Assembly (NCBI GenBank): GCA_964455155.1
Contig: CAYVYH010000001.1
Coordinates: 1-60,352 of the forward strand
Reading direction: 5' to 3'
Length of the DNA: 60,352 nucleotides
DNA from: an uncultured Cytophagales bacterium
Lineage (GTDB): Bacteria > Bacteroidota > Bacteroidia > Cytophagales > Amoebophilaceae
This document shows, in pieces, positions 29,067 through 39,404 of this stretch. The position numbers were made by a program, and so were the translations under genes. A model generated the notes under the pieces. The model made no database searches. It worked only from the letters and a program-made list of their open reading frames with translations, and was not told where the DNA came from. Numbering within the stretch: position 1 is the first letter of the stretch; the number at the start of each line of letters is the position of its first letter.

Positions 29067-30671
29067 ATGCAGCAATTGCACGAACAGGCTAGGGCCTCGT
29101 GGCTGGCCAAGATGGCACTGGCACATGTGGGTGAGGCGCATTGGCAGCTGAGTCCGGCTGCGTTGATAGAAAAAGCAATCCAATACGGGGAAGGTGTACT
29201 CTCAGAAGAAGGGGCCCTTGTCTGTGATACGGGGAAGTTTACAGGCCGGTCTCCGCGCGACAAATTTATCGTTCAAGACGACGAAACACGCGATTCTGTC
29301 TGGTGGGGTCCCGTCAATATTCCAATGCCTCCAGAGCGGTTTGACAGCATTTATCAAAAGATGACCCAATTTCTTAAGGGGAAAAAGGTCTACATTCGCG
29401 ATACCTATGCTGGCGCCCTACCCGACTACCGCTTACCCATACGAGTAGTCAACACCGTAGCTTGGCATAATCTGTTTTGCCATCATCTCCTGTTACGACC
29501 CGAACCAGGAACGCTACCTGATTTTACACCTGAATTCACCATTATCAATGTACCTGAGTTTCAAGCAGAACCTACTATCGACGGAACGTACCATCCTAAT
29601 TTTACCATTATCAACTTTAGCAGACGGGTGATTTTGATTGGTGGTACAGGCTATTCAGGCGAGATGAAAAAAGGAATATTCACCGTGCTGAACTATCTAC
29701 TTCCTCAACATCACCAGGTCTTGCCTATGCACTGTGCAGCCAACATAGGGCCACAAGGGGATACAGCTATTTTCTTTGGCCTATCTGGTACTGGAAAAAC
29801 AACACTCTCTGCCGATCCTGGGCGGCAGCTGATTGGTGATGATGAGCATGGGTGGTACGACCAAGGAATTTTTAATTTCGAAGGAGGTTGCTATGCCAAA
29901 ACCATCGATCTGTCGCCAGAAAAAGAACCACAGATATTTCAAGCAATTAAGTTCGGAACTATCCTAGAAAACATGCGTTTTGTGGCAAACACACGAAAGG
30001 TAGACTATGCCAATGCTACTGTCACAGAGAACACGCGGAGTGCCTATCCCATTGAGTATATCCAAAATGCCATTAACCCTTCGGTGGGAGGGGTTCCACA
30101 ACATATTTTTTTCCTGACATGCGATGCCCAAGGAGTTCTGCCACCCATTGCCAAGTTAAGCAAAGGCCAAGCGATGTACCATTTTATAACAGGATATACG
30201 GCCAAAGTTGCAGGTGCCGAAGTCGGGATCGTAGCTCCTCAAGCTGTTTTTTCGGCCTGTTTTGGAACTGCTTTTTTGCCCCTGCACCCTACACAATATG
30301 CAGCCATGTTAGGGCAGAAAATGAAAGCCCATGCCGTGTCAGTGTGGCTCGTCAACACGGGCTGGATGGGGGGGCCTTATGGCGTGGGAGAGCGAATTCA
30401 ATTAGCCCACACCCGCGCCCTGATTAATGCAGCACTATCTGGTGATTTAGATGGTGTCGCCTACACTGAGCATCCTATTTTTGGGGTGGCTATGCCCACA
30501 ACGTGCCCGGGAGTACCCGCAGCGCTACTCAATCCTAGCAGCAGCTGGCAAGATGCAGATGCCCACACAGCTCAAGCCTGTGCACTGGCACAAAACTTTT
30601 CCAATAATTTCAAGCAATATGAAGATTTTGCTGATCGTGAAATACGTTCTGGGGGTCCTAAGCTCAAGTGA
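29067..30671 (+). CDS. pckA: phosphoenolpyruvate carboxykinase (ATP)
   Basis: GRSPRDKF, GGTGYSGEMKKG and the kinase-1a motif FFGLSGTGKTTLS. 534 aa. Confidence 0.95.
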   Translation: MQQLHEQARASWLAKMALAHVGEAHWQLSPAALIEKAIQYGEGVLSEEGALVCDTGKFTGRSPRDKFIVQDDETRDSVWWGPVNIPMPPERFDSIYQKMTQFLKGKKVYIRDTYAGALPDYRLPIRVVNTVAWHNLFCHHLLLRPEPGTLPDFTPEFTIINVPEFQAEPTIDGTYHPNFTIINFSRRVILIGGTGYSGEMKKGIFTVLNYLLPQHHQVLPMHCAANIGPQGDTAIFFGLSGTGKTTLSADPGRQLIGDDEHGWYDQGIFNFEGGCYAKTIDLSPEKEPQIFQAIKFGTILENMRFVANTRKVDYANATVTENTRSAYPIEYIQNAINPSVGGVPQHIFFLTCDAQGVLPPIAKLSKGQAMYHFITGYTAKVAGAEVGIVAPQAVFSACFGTAFLPLHPTQYAAMLGQKMKAHAVSVWLVNTGWMGGPYGVGERIQLAHTRALINAALSGDLDGVAYTEHPIFGVAMPTTCPGVPAALLNPSSSWQDADAHTAQACALAQNFSNNFKQYEDFADREIRSGGPKLK

Positions 30672-30720
30672 TTTTTGGTGGATGATAACTCGTGTATGAC
30701 CAACTAGGTACTCATTACAG

Positions 30721-31392
30721 ATGCGAAAAAAACTTCAACGTTTTGCTGACAATGTGAGACGCCACAATGTCATCGAACCAAGTAGAGCGAGTCATATACA
30801 CCTTCAAGGGAGATGGTGGTCAGATTATTTTGGCAACAAAAATGATCTTGTTGTGGAATTAGGCTGTGGAAAGGGAGCATATACTTTGGGTCTGGCACAG
30901 CAGTTTCCGCATAAAAACTTTGTGGGTGTAGACATTAAGGGTGCTAGGCTGTGGGTGGGCAGCAGTTATGCGCTGGAATATGGATTATGTCAAGTAGCTT
31001 TTTTACGTACAAAGATCGAGCAGTTGGACCAATATTTCGCACCTGGAGAAATAAGCGAACTGCACATTCCGTTTCCAGACCCTCGTCCGCGCGACCGGGA
31101 CGAAAAGCGTCGGCTTACTAGTCCCAGGTTTCTAGCACTTTATCGCCAGCTGCTGCATCCTGGAGGTTATGTACATCTCAAAACTGACGATACTGCACTT
31201 TTTGCTTATACGCTAGCGGTACTACGTGCACAGCCCATCAGTAACTTGGTGTATACTGATAACCTGTACCGATCCGAATGGCTCGCAGCACACTACGGCA
31301 TCCAGACTGATTATGAGCGGAGATTTTTGGCCCAGGGTGCTGCTATCAAGTACCTACGTTTTTCATTCGACACAACGAGGTCGACAGAATGA
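30721..31392 (+). CDS. trmB: tRNA (guanine46-N7)-methyltransferase
   Basis: SAM motif VVELGCGKGAYT, FPDPRPR.R..KRRL and HLKTDD. Confidence 0.9.
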   Translation: MRKKLQRFADNVRRHNVIEPSRASHIHLQGRWWSDYFGNKNDLVVELGCGKGAYTLGLAQQFPHKNFVGVDIKGARLWVGSSYALEYGLCQVAFLRTKIEQLDQYFAPGEISELHIPFPDPRPRDRDEKRRLTSPRFLALYRQLLHPGGYVHLKTDDTALFAYTLAVLRAQPISNLVYTDNLYRSEWLAAHYGIQTDYERRFLAQGAAIKYLRFSFDTTRSTE

Positions 31393-31555
31393 TCATCAAA
31401 AGCATGTAGGCGCCACGTTGCATATACCTTACAAGCAACCTCTTCATCTCTATGCAGTATGATATGTGCAAGGTTCCTGTACTGCTAGGCCTAAAAGTAT
31501 TTAATGTATTCAATAGTATCTGTAGTAGCCCCTGTCTGCTGCTGCCGGTAACTGA

Positions 31556-32596
31556 TTAGCTAGTACAGCCAGGTATCTTACCTTGACTGGCTCCCATGAC
31601 CATAATAAGCATATGAAGTACATGGCTACCTACCTGTGCATCCCAATCCATGTTCTCTCCAGGGGCTACTTCACACAAGTCGAAGCCAATAATCTTCTTG
31701 CCTGCTTTTATAATTTGCTCGAACAAGTAGCAAGATTCATCAAATTCAAGTCCCCCAGGCACAGGCATGCCTGTGTTAGGACATAGTTTAGCATCCAGAC
31801 CATCGATATCAAAGCTGATGTAGATTTTTTCGGGTAAAGTATCGATGATAGCCGTACACATTTCATCCCAGGTAGCACCTTGGAAACGCTGTCTCTTGAA
31901 GTCGCTGTCAAAAAAAGGGAAGATACGGCCTTCTTCAGCAGCAATCATTTGAAGCTCTTGCAAAGCACAATGGCGTAGACCTACTTGTACTAACCTGGTA
32001 ACGTGTGGTAGTTGTAAGACATTATACATAATCGAGGCATGAGAATACTTAAAGCCCCTATAAGCTTGGTGGAGACCAGGGTGCGCGTCGATCTGTAAGA
32101 CACCAAAATTATTGTGAAACCCAGCGAGTGCTTCGACCAATCCTAATGAAACGCTATGATCACCCCCTAACACGCCTACTAATTTATCCTCCTTGAGATA
32201 GGCAGTAGCTTTAGATCTTATATCTTCTTTGAGCTGATGAGAATAGTGGTTTATTTTTTCTATAATGCTTTTTTTTAGGCTATATCTTTCAAATCTGGAT
32301 TCCATAATATGGGTATATCCTGCGGTGTGGTGCCTAAGGGTGTCGCTCAGTGCCTTCCAGTCATGTTGTGGAATGGGTAGCATAGTAACGCCAAGCTCAC
32401 GTACGGTTGAACCTTTATGCCAAGTCACGTCTTTTAACGCATAAGATGCCTTAAGGATACTCTCGGGTCCTAAAGCAGTGCCTGAACGAGATGAGACAGT
32501 AACCTCCCAGGGGACTGGAATGATGACGACCGATGCTTCTTCAATAGCACATGCTGTCCCAAAAAGTTTTGTAGGTGTGTGGGTGGATAGTTTCAT
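31556..32596 (-). CDS. arginase/agmatinase/formimidoylglutamase-family (ureohydrolase fold) protein
   Basis: GGDHSVS and FDIDGLD motifs are present. The second metal motif reads DAHPG instead of the canonical DAHxD. Confidence 0.8.
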   Translation of the reverse strand: MKLSTHTPTKLFGTACAIEEASVVIIPVPWEVTVSSRSGTALGPESILKASYALKDVTWHKGSTVRELGVTMLPIPQHDWKALSDTLRHHTAGYTHIMESRFERYSLKKSIIEKINHYSHQLKEDIRSKATAYLKEDKLVGVLGGDHSVSLGLVEALAGFHNNFGVLQIDAHPGLHQAYRGFKYSHASIMYNVLQLPHVTRLVQVGLRHCALQELQMIAAEEGRIFPFFDSDFKRQRFQGATWDEMCTAIIDTLPEKIYISFDIDGLDAKLCPNTGMPVPGGLEFDESCYLFEQIIKAGKKIIGFDLCEVAPGENMDWDAQVGSHVLHMLIMVMGASQGKIPGCTS

Positions 32597-33859
32597 AAAT
32601 CATTGATAGTTCTTCGTGAAAAGTTACAGCGTCCTTAAAGATTGACAAGTGACGCAAGTTCGTCAAGCCTTCTAAAAGGATACTAGAAGACCTCAACCAT
32701 GCTTAACTGGGGCATGTGAGTGGCTGACGAGGTGATAGTCCTTTGCATAGCCCCAGGGATGTATTACAAATTGCTCATGGCACGCCTGCGGGACGTTGCC
32801 AGTCTTTTTCATTCGGTAGCCTCCACCCATATTGTGCCTCAATTCTTTTTACTCGTGATTTACCCAAAGCCGTACCTACTTGGTAGGATCCTGGCGTAGA
32901 GGTGATAACATAGGAAACGCTATCTCTAGTTGTGTTGCCTCAGTGGGTCAACCTGTTTGTACTAAACGTCTTGTAGTCTGGTGGGCACTGAGGAAAAGCA
33001 CTGTGTGGTATTCCTGAAAAGGTTTTCTATTCACGGAATGAGTCGCCTGATCGTATTGCGCCAGTGCTTGCCGAACTATTTTCTAAGAGGGAGCCCCCAA
33101 GCCCTTTTTCGAGCGCCTGAATGCTCTTCACCAAGAGGGTACGCCAGAGATCATTGCTCCGTCAAAGGGAGAACACTTGTCTCCCAAGTAGACAGTAGAC
33201 AACATGCTAAAGTACGTATAGCGATGAGGTGGCATCCCTCAGCAACGCCCAAGGACGATGACAACACGGGGCAAACAAATTCCAGAAGAACATTGCTCAG
33301 CAACACACATACGTCAATAGCAAATCACCTCATCAAGTTGGAAGGTGATTGCTGCTATGATTGGGTATGCCTATTACTCCTCTAGAGACTTTTTGCACGG
33401 GTTACTCATTACTAAAATAGCTGAAAGATACACTCTTTTCGATGTACTATTTTTATCCTGATTTTCTCCTAGAAAATAGAGGGATAGTGTAAAAATTTTT
33501 AGGGAAATCTAGACTACGCCTGTCCACTGTCTTGCGTGCACATCGCGCGCGTGTGCGTGTCAGCGAGCTGGTGTACTGGCCAGAATATCTGCCTGGCAGT
33601 TTGGTTGTCCATATACCATACCACTGGTCACCTAACGGAGATTACTCGTTTCGGCTTACATCTTTTGATCCATAATGCCTGCCTTTTACCACTGAGCGCA
33701 GCCTCATCTACCCCCTGCAGTTTTTAGTACGGACTGCTACAACGTTGTAGTAACATATAAATAGAGTGCGTATAAAGCTGTTTATTCATTGCTGGGGATT
33801 GCTGTGCAACCGTTTTGTAGTCATGGAGAAAGCACAGATATTCGTGCAAAAATTGATAG

Positions 33860-36172
33860 ATGTCTAAATATCTTGTTATCGTGGAGTCTCCTGCCAAAGC
33901 CAAGACTATTGCAGGATATTTGGGGACAGATTACCAAGTGGCCTCCTGTTATGGCCATATCAGAGACCTACCCAAGAAAGGAAAGGCTATTGATGTTGCG
34001 CACGGTTTTCAGCCTACTTACGAAGTCAGTCAAGACAAGCAACACATTGTTAAGGCACTCAAGGCTTCTGCAAAACAGGCGGACTGTGTCTATTTAGCCA
34101 GCGATGACGACCGTGAAGGCGAGTCCATTTCTTGGCATCTCAAAGAGGCGCTAGAACTCCATGATAACAAGATCAAAAGGATTGTTTTTCGAGAGATCAC
34201 CAAACATGCCATCCTCAATGCCTTAAAAAATCCTAGGGGGATTGACTTAGCACTGGTTAATTCACAACAAGCCAGGCGGGTGCTAGACCGATTGGTGGGT
34301 TATGACCTGTCACCCATTTTATGGAAAAAAGTCAAGCGTGGTCTCTCTGCTGGTCGCGTGCAGTCAGTAGCCGTGCGCATGATCGTAGAGCAAGAGCGCG
34401 CTATCTGTGCCTTCAAATCTGTGGCAAGCTTTGTCATCACTGCCCTTTTTGATTTGGGCGATGGTAAATATCTCCAAGCAGAGCTACCAGAACGCTTTAA
34501 GATAGAAACAGCCGCCCATCAATTTTTAGAACTATGTAAAAGTGCCACCTTCTCTATCAGTAACCTGGAGCAGAAGGCAGCTAAAAGGTCACCAGCACCT
34601 CCTTTTACGACTTCTACTTTGCAACAAGAAGCCAGTAGAAAACTCGGCTATTCGGTAACACGTACCATGGTACTGGCTCAGCATCTCTACGAAGCAGGTG
34701 CTATTTCTTACATGCGTACCGATTCTTTACACTTGTCCCAAGAAGCTATAACAGGCGCACAACAAGAAATTCATGCTGCCTATGGTGCTGATTATTTTCA
34801 GCCAAGGGCTTACAAAACGAAGGCAGCTACAGCGCAAGAGGCCCATGAAGCCATTCGTCCTACGGATTTCTCCAAGAGAGTGGCGAGTGAAGACAGTGGG
34901 GCGCAACGACTCTATACACTGATTTGGAAACGGGCAATTGCTTCGCAAATGGCTGATGCACAACTAGAAAAGACAGTGGCTACGGTAGCTATCTCCACAA
35001 CGCCACATGCACTAGTAGCTAAAGGGGAAGTAATCAAGTTCGAGGGATTCATGAAGGTCTATGCAGCTACGCAAGACGAAGAGAACTTGTCCGAGAGTCA
35101 GGGTATGCTTCCTCCTCTGACCATAGGACAGGGGCTACAACTCGACTACATGAAAGCTCGGGAGCGCTTTAGTAAGCCGCCTGCTCGGTACACAGAGGCT
35201 AGTTTAGTCAAGCAGCTAGAAGAGCGAGGTATTGGGCGGCCTTCTACCTACGCGCCCATTATCACCACTATCCAGAAAAGAGGTTACGTCGTCAAAGACG
35301 ACCGCGCAGGCCAAGAGCGAAATCACACGGTACTCACCTTACAACAAGCAATCATCCAGCGCACTAAGCATGTAGAGATCGCAGGCACAGAAAAGCAGAA
35401 ACTATTTCCCACAGACATCGCCATGGTTGTGAATGATTTTTTGGTGGCTCATTTTTCTGAGGTTACTGATTATGGCTTTACAGCCAAGATAGAAGAGGAG
35501 CTGGATATCATTGCTCAAGGCAGAAAAGCATGGAACGCCATGTTAGCTGAATTTTATGGAAACTTTTATCCCAAGGTAGAGCAAACAGCCCAGCTAGACC
35601 GTTCCACCCTTGATACCTCTCGGTTGCTCGGGAAAGTGCCTAATACAGGGCAGACAGTCATTGTAAGACTGGGGAAATATGGCCCTTTAGTACAAATAGG
35701 AGACACAGAGGGAGCAACAGCACCAAGGTTCGCCAGCCTGCAACAAGATCAGCGCATCGAAAGTATTACGCTAGAAGAAGCCTTAAAGCTTTTTGAACTA
35801 CCCCGGGAAATCGGTTCTTTTGAGAATAGCCCAGTGGTAGTTAATGCAGGTCGATATGGCCCTTACGTCAAACACAACGAGAAATTTTATAGCTTGGGAA
35901 GAGAAGACGATCCGCTCACTATAGATGTGAGCAGAGCAATGGAGATCATACAAACCAAACGTAAGTCAGACGCTGAGAAGGTCATTAAGTGCTTTGACAA
36001 TTGTCCAGACATACAGATTCTAAACGGTCGGTGGGGACCTTACATCAAGTCGGGTCGCAAAAATGTAAAGATTCCTAAAGAAATAGGGGATCCTAACACG
36101 CTCACTTTGGAGGCTTGCGTAACATTGGTGGAGAATGCACCCATCAAGAAACAGCGTGGCAAGAAGGCGTGA
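33860..36172 (+). CDS. topA: DNA topoisomerase I (type IA)
   Basis: Toprim LVIVESPAKAKTI and ASDDDREGE, active-site ISYMRTDS (Tyr), and cysteine-less C-terminal repeats (RYGPYVK / RWGPYIK). Confidence 0.96.
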   Translation: MSKYLVIVESPAKAKTIAGYLGTDYQVASCYGHIRDLPKKGKAIDVAHGFQPTYEVSQDKQHIVKALKASAKQADCVYLASDDDREGESISWHLKEALELHDNKIKRIVFREITKHAILNALKNPRGIDLALVNSQQARRVLDRLVGYDLSPILWKKVKRGLSAGRVQSVAVRMIVEQERAICAFKSVASFVITALFDLGDGKYLQAELPERFKIETAAHQFLELCKSATFSISNLEQKAAKRSPAPPFTTSTLQQEASRKLGYSVTRTMVLAQHLYEAGAISYMRTDSLHLSQEAITGAQQEIHAAYGADYFQPRAYKTKAATAQEAHEAIRPTDFSKRVASEDSGAQRLYTLIWKRAIASQMADAQLEKTVATVAISTTPHALVAKGEVIKFEGFMKVYAATQDEENLSESQGMLPPLTIGQGLQLDYMKARERFSKPPARYTEASLVKQLEERGIGRPSTYAPIITTIQKRGYVVKDDRAGQERNHTVLTLQQAIIQRTKHVEIAGTEKQKLFPTDIAMVVNDFLVAHFSEVTDYGFTAKIEEELDIIAQGRKAWNAMLAEFYGNFYPKVEQTAQLDRSTLDTSRLLGKVPNTGQTVIVRLGKYGPLVQIGDTEGATAPRFASLQQDQRIESITLEEALKLFELPREIGSFENSPVVVNAGRYGPYVKHNEKFYSLGREDDPLTIDVSRAMEIIQTKRKSDAEKVIKCFDNCPDIQILNGRWGPYIKSGRKNVKIPKEIGDPNTLTLEACVTLVENAPIKKQRGKKA

Positions 36173-36264
36173 TACACGCTTCTGAATTTTTCCATTTAAC
36201 ATAATATATATTATATAACATATTGAGGTTAAGTCAATTGTTGCTTAATACTTAATAACTATAC

Positions 36265-36954
36265 ATGCTGAAATACTTGCCTAACTTTTTTACGCTATTG
36301 AACCTCGCGAGTGGTAGTCTGGGCGCTATACTAGCCTTAGAAGGCAATTTGACGGGTGCAGTCTTGTGCATCTGGTTCGGAGCGTTTTTTGACTTTTTGG
36401 ATGGTTGGCTAGCGCGAGTGCTCAATGCCCGTTCGCTACTTGGTGGGCAGCTAGACTCCCTGGCAGACCTTATTACTTTTGGGTGCCTACCTGCAAACAT
36501 TGTATATACACTACTCAGTGAGCGCACTACCTCACCTTACTTGCCTTTCACAGCTATAATCATTATTAGCTTCTCTGCACTCAGGCTTGCTCGATTCAAT
36601 GTTGATGTCCGACAGAAAAATGTGTTTATCGGTTTGCCTGTCCCTGCCCATGGGATGTTCATTGGTACACTTCCTCTAATCATTGCAGCCGATCAATATG
36701 CTTGGTTGACAGGCTTGCTTGTTCAGCCCTACATCCTGGTGGTTTTGGTGATGCTCACTTCCTACCTACTTGTAGCTAATATTAAGCTTATGGCATTTAA
36801 ATTCACCACCTATGCTTGGTACCCCAATCGATTCAAATATGGCTTCTTACTGATTGCTACTTTATTCATGCTCCTCTTCCGTGCTGAAGGGTTGGCATTG
36901 AGCATCGTGCTTTACGTCTTAGTATCTATTGTATCAATATCCCAACAGGAGTAG
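36265..36954 (+). CDS. pssA: CDP-alcohol phosphatidyltransferase (phosphatidylserine synthase type)
   Basis: DFLDGWLARVLNARSLLGGQLDSLADLITFG matches D-x2-D-G-x2-A-R-x8-G-x3-D-x3-D. Multi-TM, 229 aa. Confidence 0.85.
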   Translation: MLKYLPNFFTLLNLASGSLGAILALEGNLTGAVLCIWFGAFFDFLDGWLARVLNARSLLGGQLDSLADLITFGCLPANIVYTLLSERTTSPYLPFTAIIIISFSALRLARFNVDVRQKNVFIGLPVPAHGMFIGTLPLIIAADQYAWLTGLLVQPYILVVLVMLTSYLLVANIKLMAFKFTTYAWYPNRFKYGFLLIATLFMLLFRAEGLALSIVLYVLVSIVSISQQE

Positions 36955-37003
36955 TGGTCCAATCAAACGATGTGTTCCAATACACCCCATAACTCTAGGC
37001 CCC

Positions 37004-38266
37004 ATGCTCGACAGGACTATACCGCCACCCACCAGTGCCATTGATTACCCACATTTCTCTTGGCCTGAGGAATACCAACTCAAAGAGGGAATCCCGCTAT
37101 GGGTACTCAATGCCGGGAAACAACCGATAATCAAACTAGAGCTAGTATGCAATGCAGGCTCGTGGTATGAACCCCACAATGGGGTCGCCTATTTTACAGC
37201 CAAGATGCTCCAAGAAGGTACCCAACATAAAAGTGCTCAGGATATTGCCAGTTACGTAGATCAATACGGTGCTAGCATACAAGTTCAGGTACAGCCTGAT
37301 ACATGCTCTTTTATTTTAATTACCTTATCTCAATACCTAGATCCCATGCTTGCTTTGCTAGCAGAGGTGCTCTTGACACCTACGTTTTCTGAGCAGCGCT
37401 TAGCACATTTAAAGCACCTTACAATCCAGAAGCTTAAAGTAGATGCTCAAAAGAATAGCTATGTAGCACGCAAGAAATTTAAAGAGGCATTATTTGGTAT
37501 CACACACCCCTATGGCAGGCAGCTTACGGAAACAGCCATGGCTGATATTACAACAGCGCATCTCAAGCAGTACTATAAAGATCAGCTACTAGCAGGGTGT
37601 CGTCTCCTAGTAAGCGGACAAGTAGACGAGCACGACCTTGATACTATTCGACACCATCTACAGCCACTACCTGTACAAACTTCCGTTTCTATGCCAGCTT
37701 CATGGCCTACGCAGGAACCTAGCCGGGTGCATTGTCCCAAAGAAGAAAGCTTGCAAGCTGCCATCGTCATGGGTAAGGTACTTTTTACCCATGATCATCC
37801 AGATTACTTGCCGCTTCTTATCGTCAATGAACTCCTAGGAGGCTACTTTGGCTCGAGGCTCATGCGCAATATTCGAGAAGAAAAGGGCTACACGTATGGC
37901 ATTTTCTCCAGAATCGTTCCGCTCCAACGTGCCAGTTACTTATTGATAGCTACCGAAGTGATTCAAGCCTTCACCCAGACTGTCTGCCAAGAAATTGAAC
38001 GAGAAATCAAGACCCTACAAACTGTCTTGGTGCAAGAAGAAGAGTTGACAGCACTGCGAAACCACATGCACGGGACATTCTTGTCAGATGTTAATGATCC
38101 GTTTTCTATTATGGAAAAATTTAAGGATGTACATCTTCACGGTTTAGAACTGGACCATTACAAGCAATTAGACGAAACTATTAGACACATTGGTGCCCCT
38201 CAGATTATGGCATTAGCTAATGATTACCTATCCACAGACAGTTTGAGTCGGATTACCGTGGGATGA
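37004..38266 (+). CDS. M16 (pitrilysin/insulinase) family protein, non-catalytic type
   Basis: M16 N- and C-domain layout, with AYFTAKMLQEGT where active members have HxxEH. ATG 37004 chosen; the track start 36929 overlaps pssA. Confidence 0.82.
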   Translation: MLDRTIPPPTSAIDYPHFSWPEEYQLKEGIPLWVLNAGKQPIIKLELVCNAGSWYEPHNGVAYFTAKMLQEGTQHKSAQDIASYVDQYGASIQVQVQPDTCSFILITLSQYLDPMLALLAEVLLTPTFSEQRLAHLKHLTIQKLKVDAQKNSYVARKKFKEALFGITHPYGRQLTETAMADITTAHLKQYYKDQLLAGCRLLVSGQVDEHDLDTIRHHLQPLPVQTSVSMPASWPTQEPSRVHCPKEESLQAAIVMGKVLFTHDHPDYLPLLIVNELLGGYFGSRLMRNIREEKGYTYGIFSRIVPLQRASYLLIATEVIQAFTQTVCQEIEREIKTLQTVLVQEEELTALRNHMHGTFLSDVNDPFSIMEKFKDVHLHGLELDHYKQLDETIRHIGAPQIMALANDYLSTDSLSRITVG

Positions 38267-38483
38267 ACTTTTGCAACTACTCAATTTTTAATTGCCCATT
38301 GCCCAACTGAAAAAGATCATCTGTCGTGCCAAACATCGTGTATATACCTCAGTAAAGGTCAGTATAAGTCATTTTCGGGTCCGCCAGACAGATTTTCTTG
38401 GCACTGTATGCAATAGCATCTCCTTTTGTAGTTGAGCCACCAGCATAATCCACCTACTTATTGCATAACAACGAAGAAGATAC

Positions 38484-38491
38484 TACTTTTG
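38484..38491 (+). promoter_or_regulatory. candidate Bacteroidota -7 promoter box (TAnnTTTG) for the rplM-rpsI-rpsB-tsf cluster
   Basis: TACTTTTG is an exact match to TAnnTTTG, 56 nt upstream of the rplM start. Confidence 0.3.
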
Positions 38492-38546
38492 TGGCCTCGC
38501 TAGGAAGGGGTATCTTTACCTTCTCAGGCACTTTTAAAACATAGCC

Positions 38547-38996
38547 GTGGACCATATAAGTTACAAGACAAAGTCAGTCAACAAGGAGAGTGCTCAAAAA
38601 GAGTGGGTGCTTGTGGATGCAGACGGGCAGGCTTTAGGGCGCTTGGCCAGTCGTGTGGCAGCGATGATTAGAGGCAAGCATAAACCCAGCTTTACGCCAC
38701 ATGTAGACTGTGGGGACAATGTGGTTATTATTAATGCTAGCAGGGTCTGTCTGACGGGTGAGAAATGGGATAAAAAGCAATATATTTCCCACACGGGCTA
38801 TCCCGGTAGCCAGAGGGCAACTACACCCAGGGAGCTCAAGGAAAAGTCACCCACACGCATGATGGAGCGCGCGATCAAAGGCATGCTCCCCAAGAATAGG
38901 CTAGGACGCAGACTCTTCCACAATCTTTTCGTGTATGCAGGCCCGGCTCATGACCACGCAGCCCAGAAGCCTAAAAGTATTACGTTAAAAGACTAA
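38547..38996 (+). CDS. rplM: 50S ribosomal protein L13
   Basis: KEWVLVDADGQALGRLASRVAAMIRGKHKPSFTPHVDCGDNVVIINA is the canonical L13 N-terminus. GTG start. Confidence 0.95.
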   Translation: MDHISYKTKSVNKESAQKEWVLVDADGQALGRLASRVAAMIRGKHKPSFTPHVDCGDNVVIINASRVCLTGEKWDKKQYISHTGYPGSQRATTPRELKEKSPTRMMERAIKGMLPKNRLGRRLFHNLFVYAGPAHDHAAQKPKSITLKD

Positions 38997-38999
38997 AAA

Positions 39000-39386
39000 A
39001 TGGAACAACTCAATGCCATAGGCAGAAGAAAGACTTCTGTAGCCAGGATTTATTTAACCAGTGGCAAGGGAGAAATAAAAGTTAACAAGAGGAACCTAGA
39101 GAACTACTTCCCCTCTGAGGTATTGAGAATGATAGTTCAGCAACCCCTACACCAGGCGGAGGTCGCTGAACAGTATAGTATACAGGTCAATGTTCATGGC
39201 GGTGGTCTTAAAGGACAAGCAGAAGCAATACGCCTAGCTATCGCGCGAGCGCTATGCCAAGTTAACGCTGAATACCGGCCTGGCTTGAAGCAAGCAGGCT
39301 ATCTCACCAGGGATCCAAGAATGGTTGAACGCAAAAAATACGGCCGAAAAAAAGCCAGGAAGAGATTCCAGTTTAGCAAACGTTAA
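39000..39386 (+). CDS. rpsI: 30S ribosomal protein S9
   Basis: GRRKTSVARIYL... and the C-terminal RDPRMVERKKYGRKKARKRFQFSKR. Confidence 0.96.
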   Translation: MEQLNAIGRRKTSVARIYLTSGKGEIKVNKRNLENYFPSEVLRMIVQQPLHQAEVAEQYSIQVNVHGGGLKGQAEAIRLAIARALCQVNAEYRPGLKQAGYLTRDPRMVERKKYGRKKARKRFQFSKR

Positions 39387-39404
39387 CCCCCAAGTATCAT
39401 TTTG

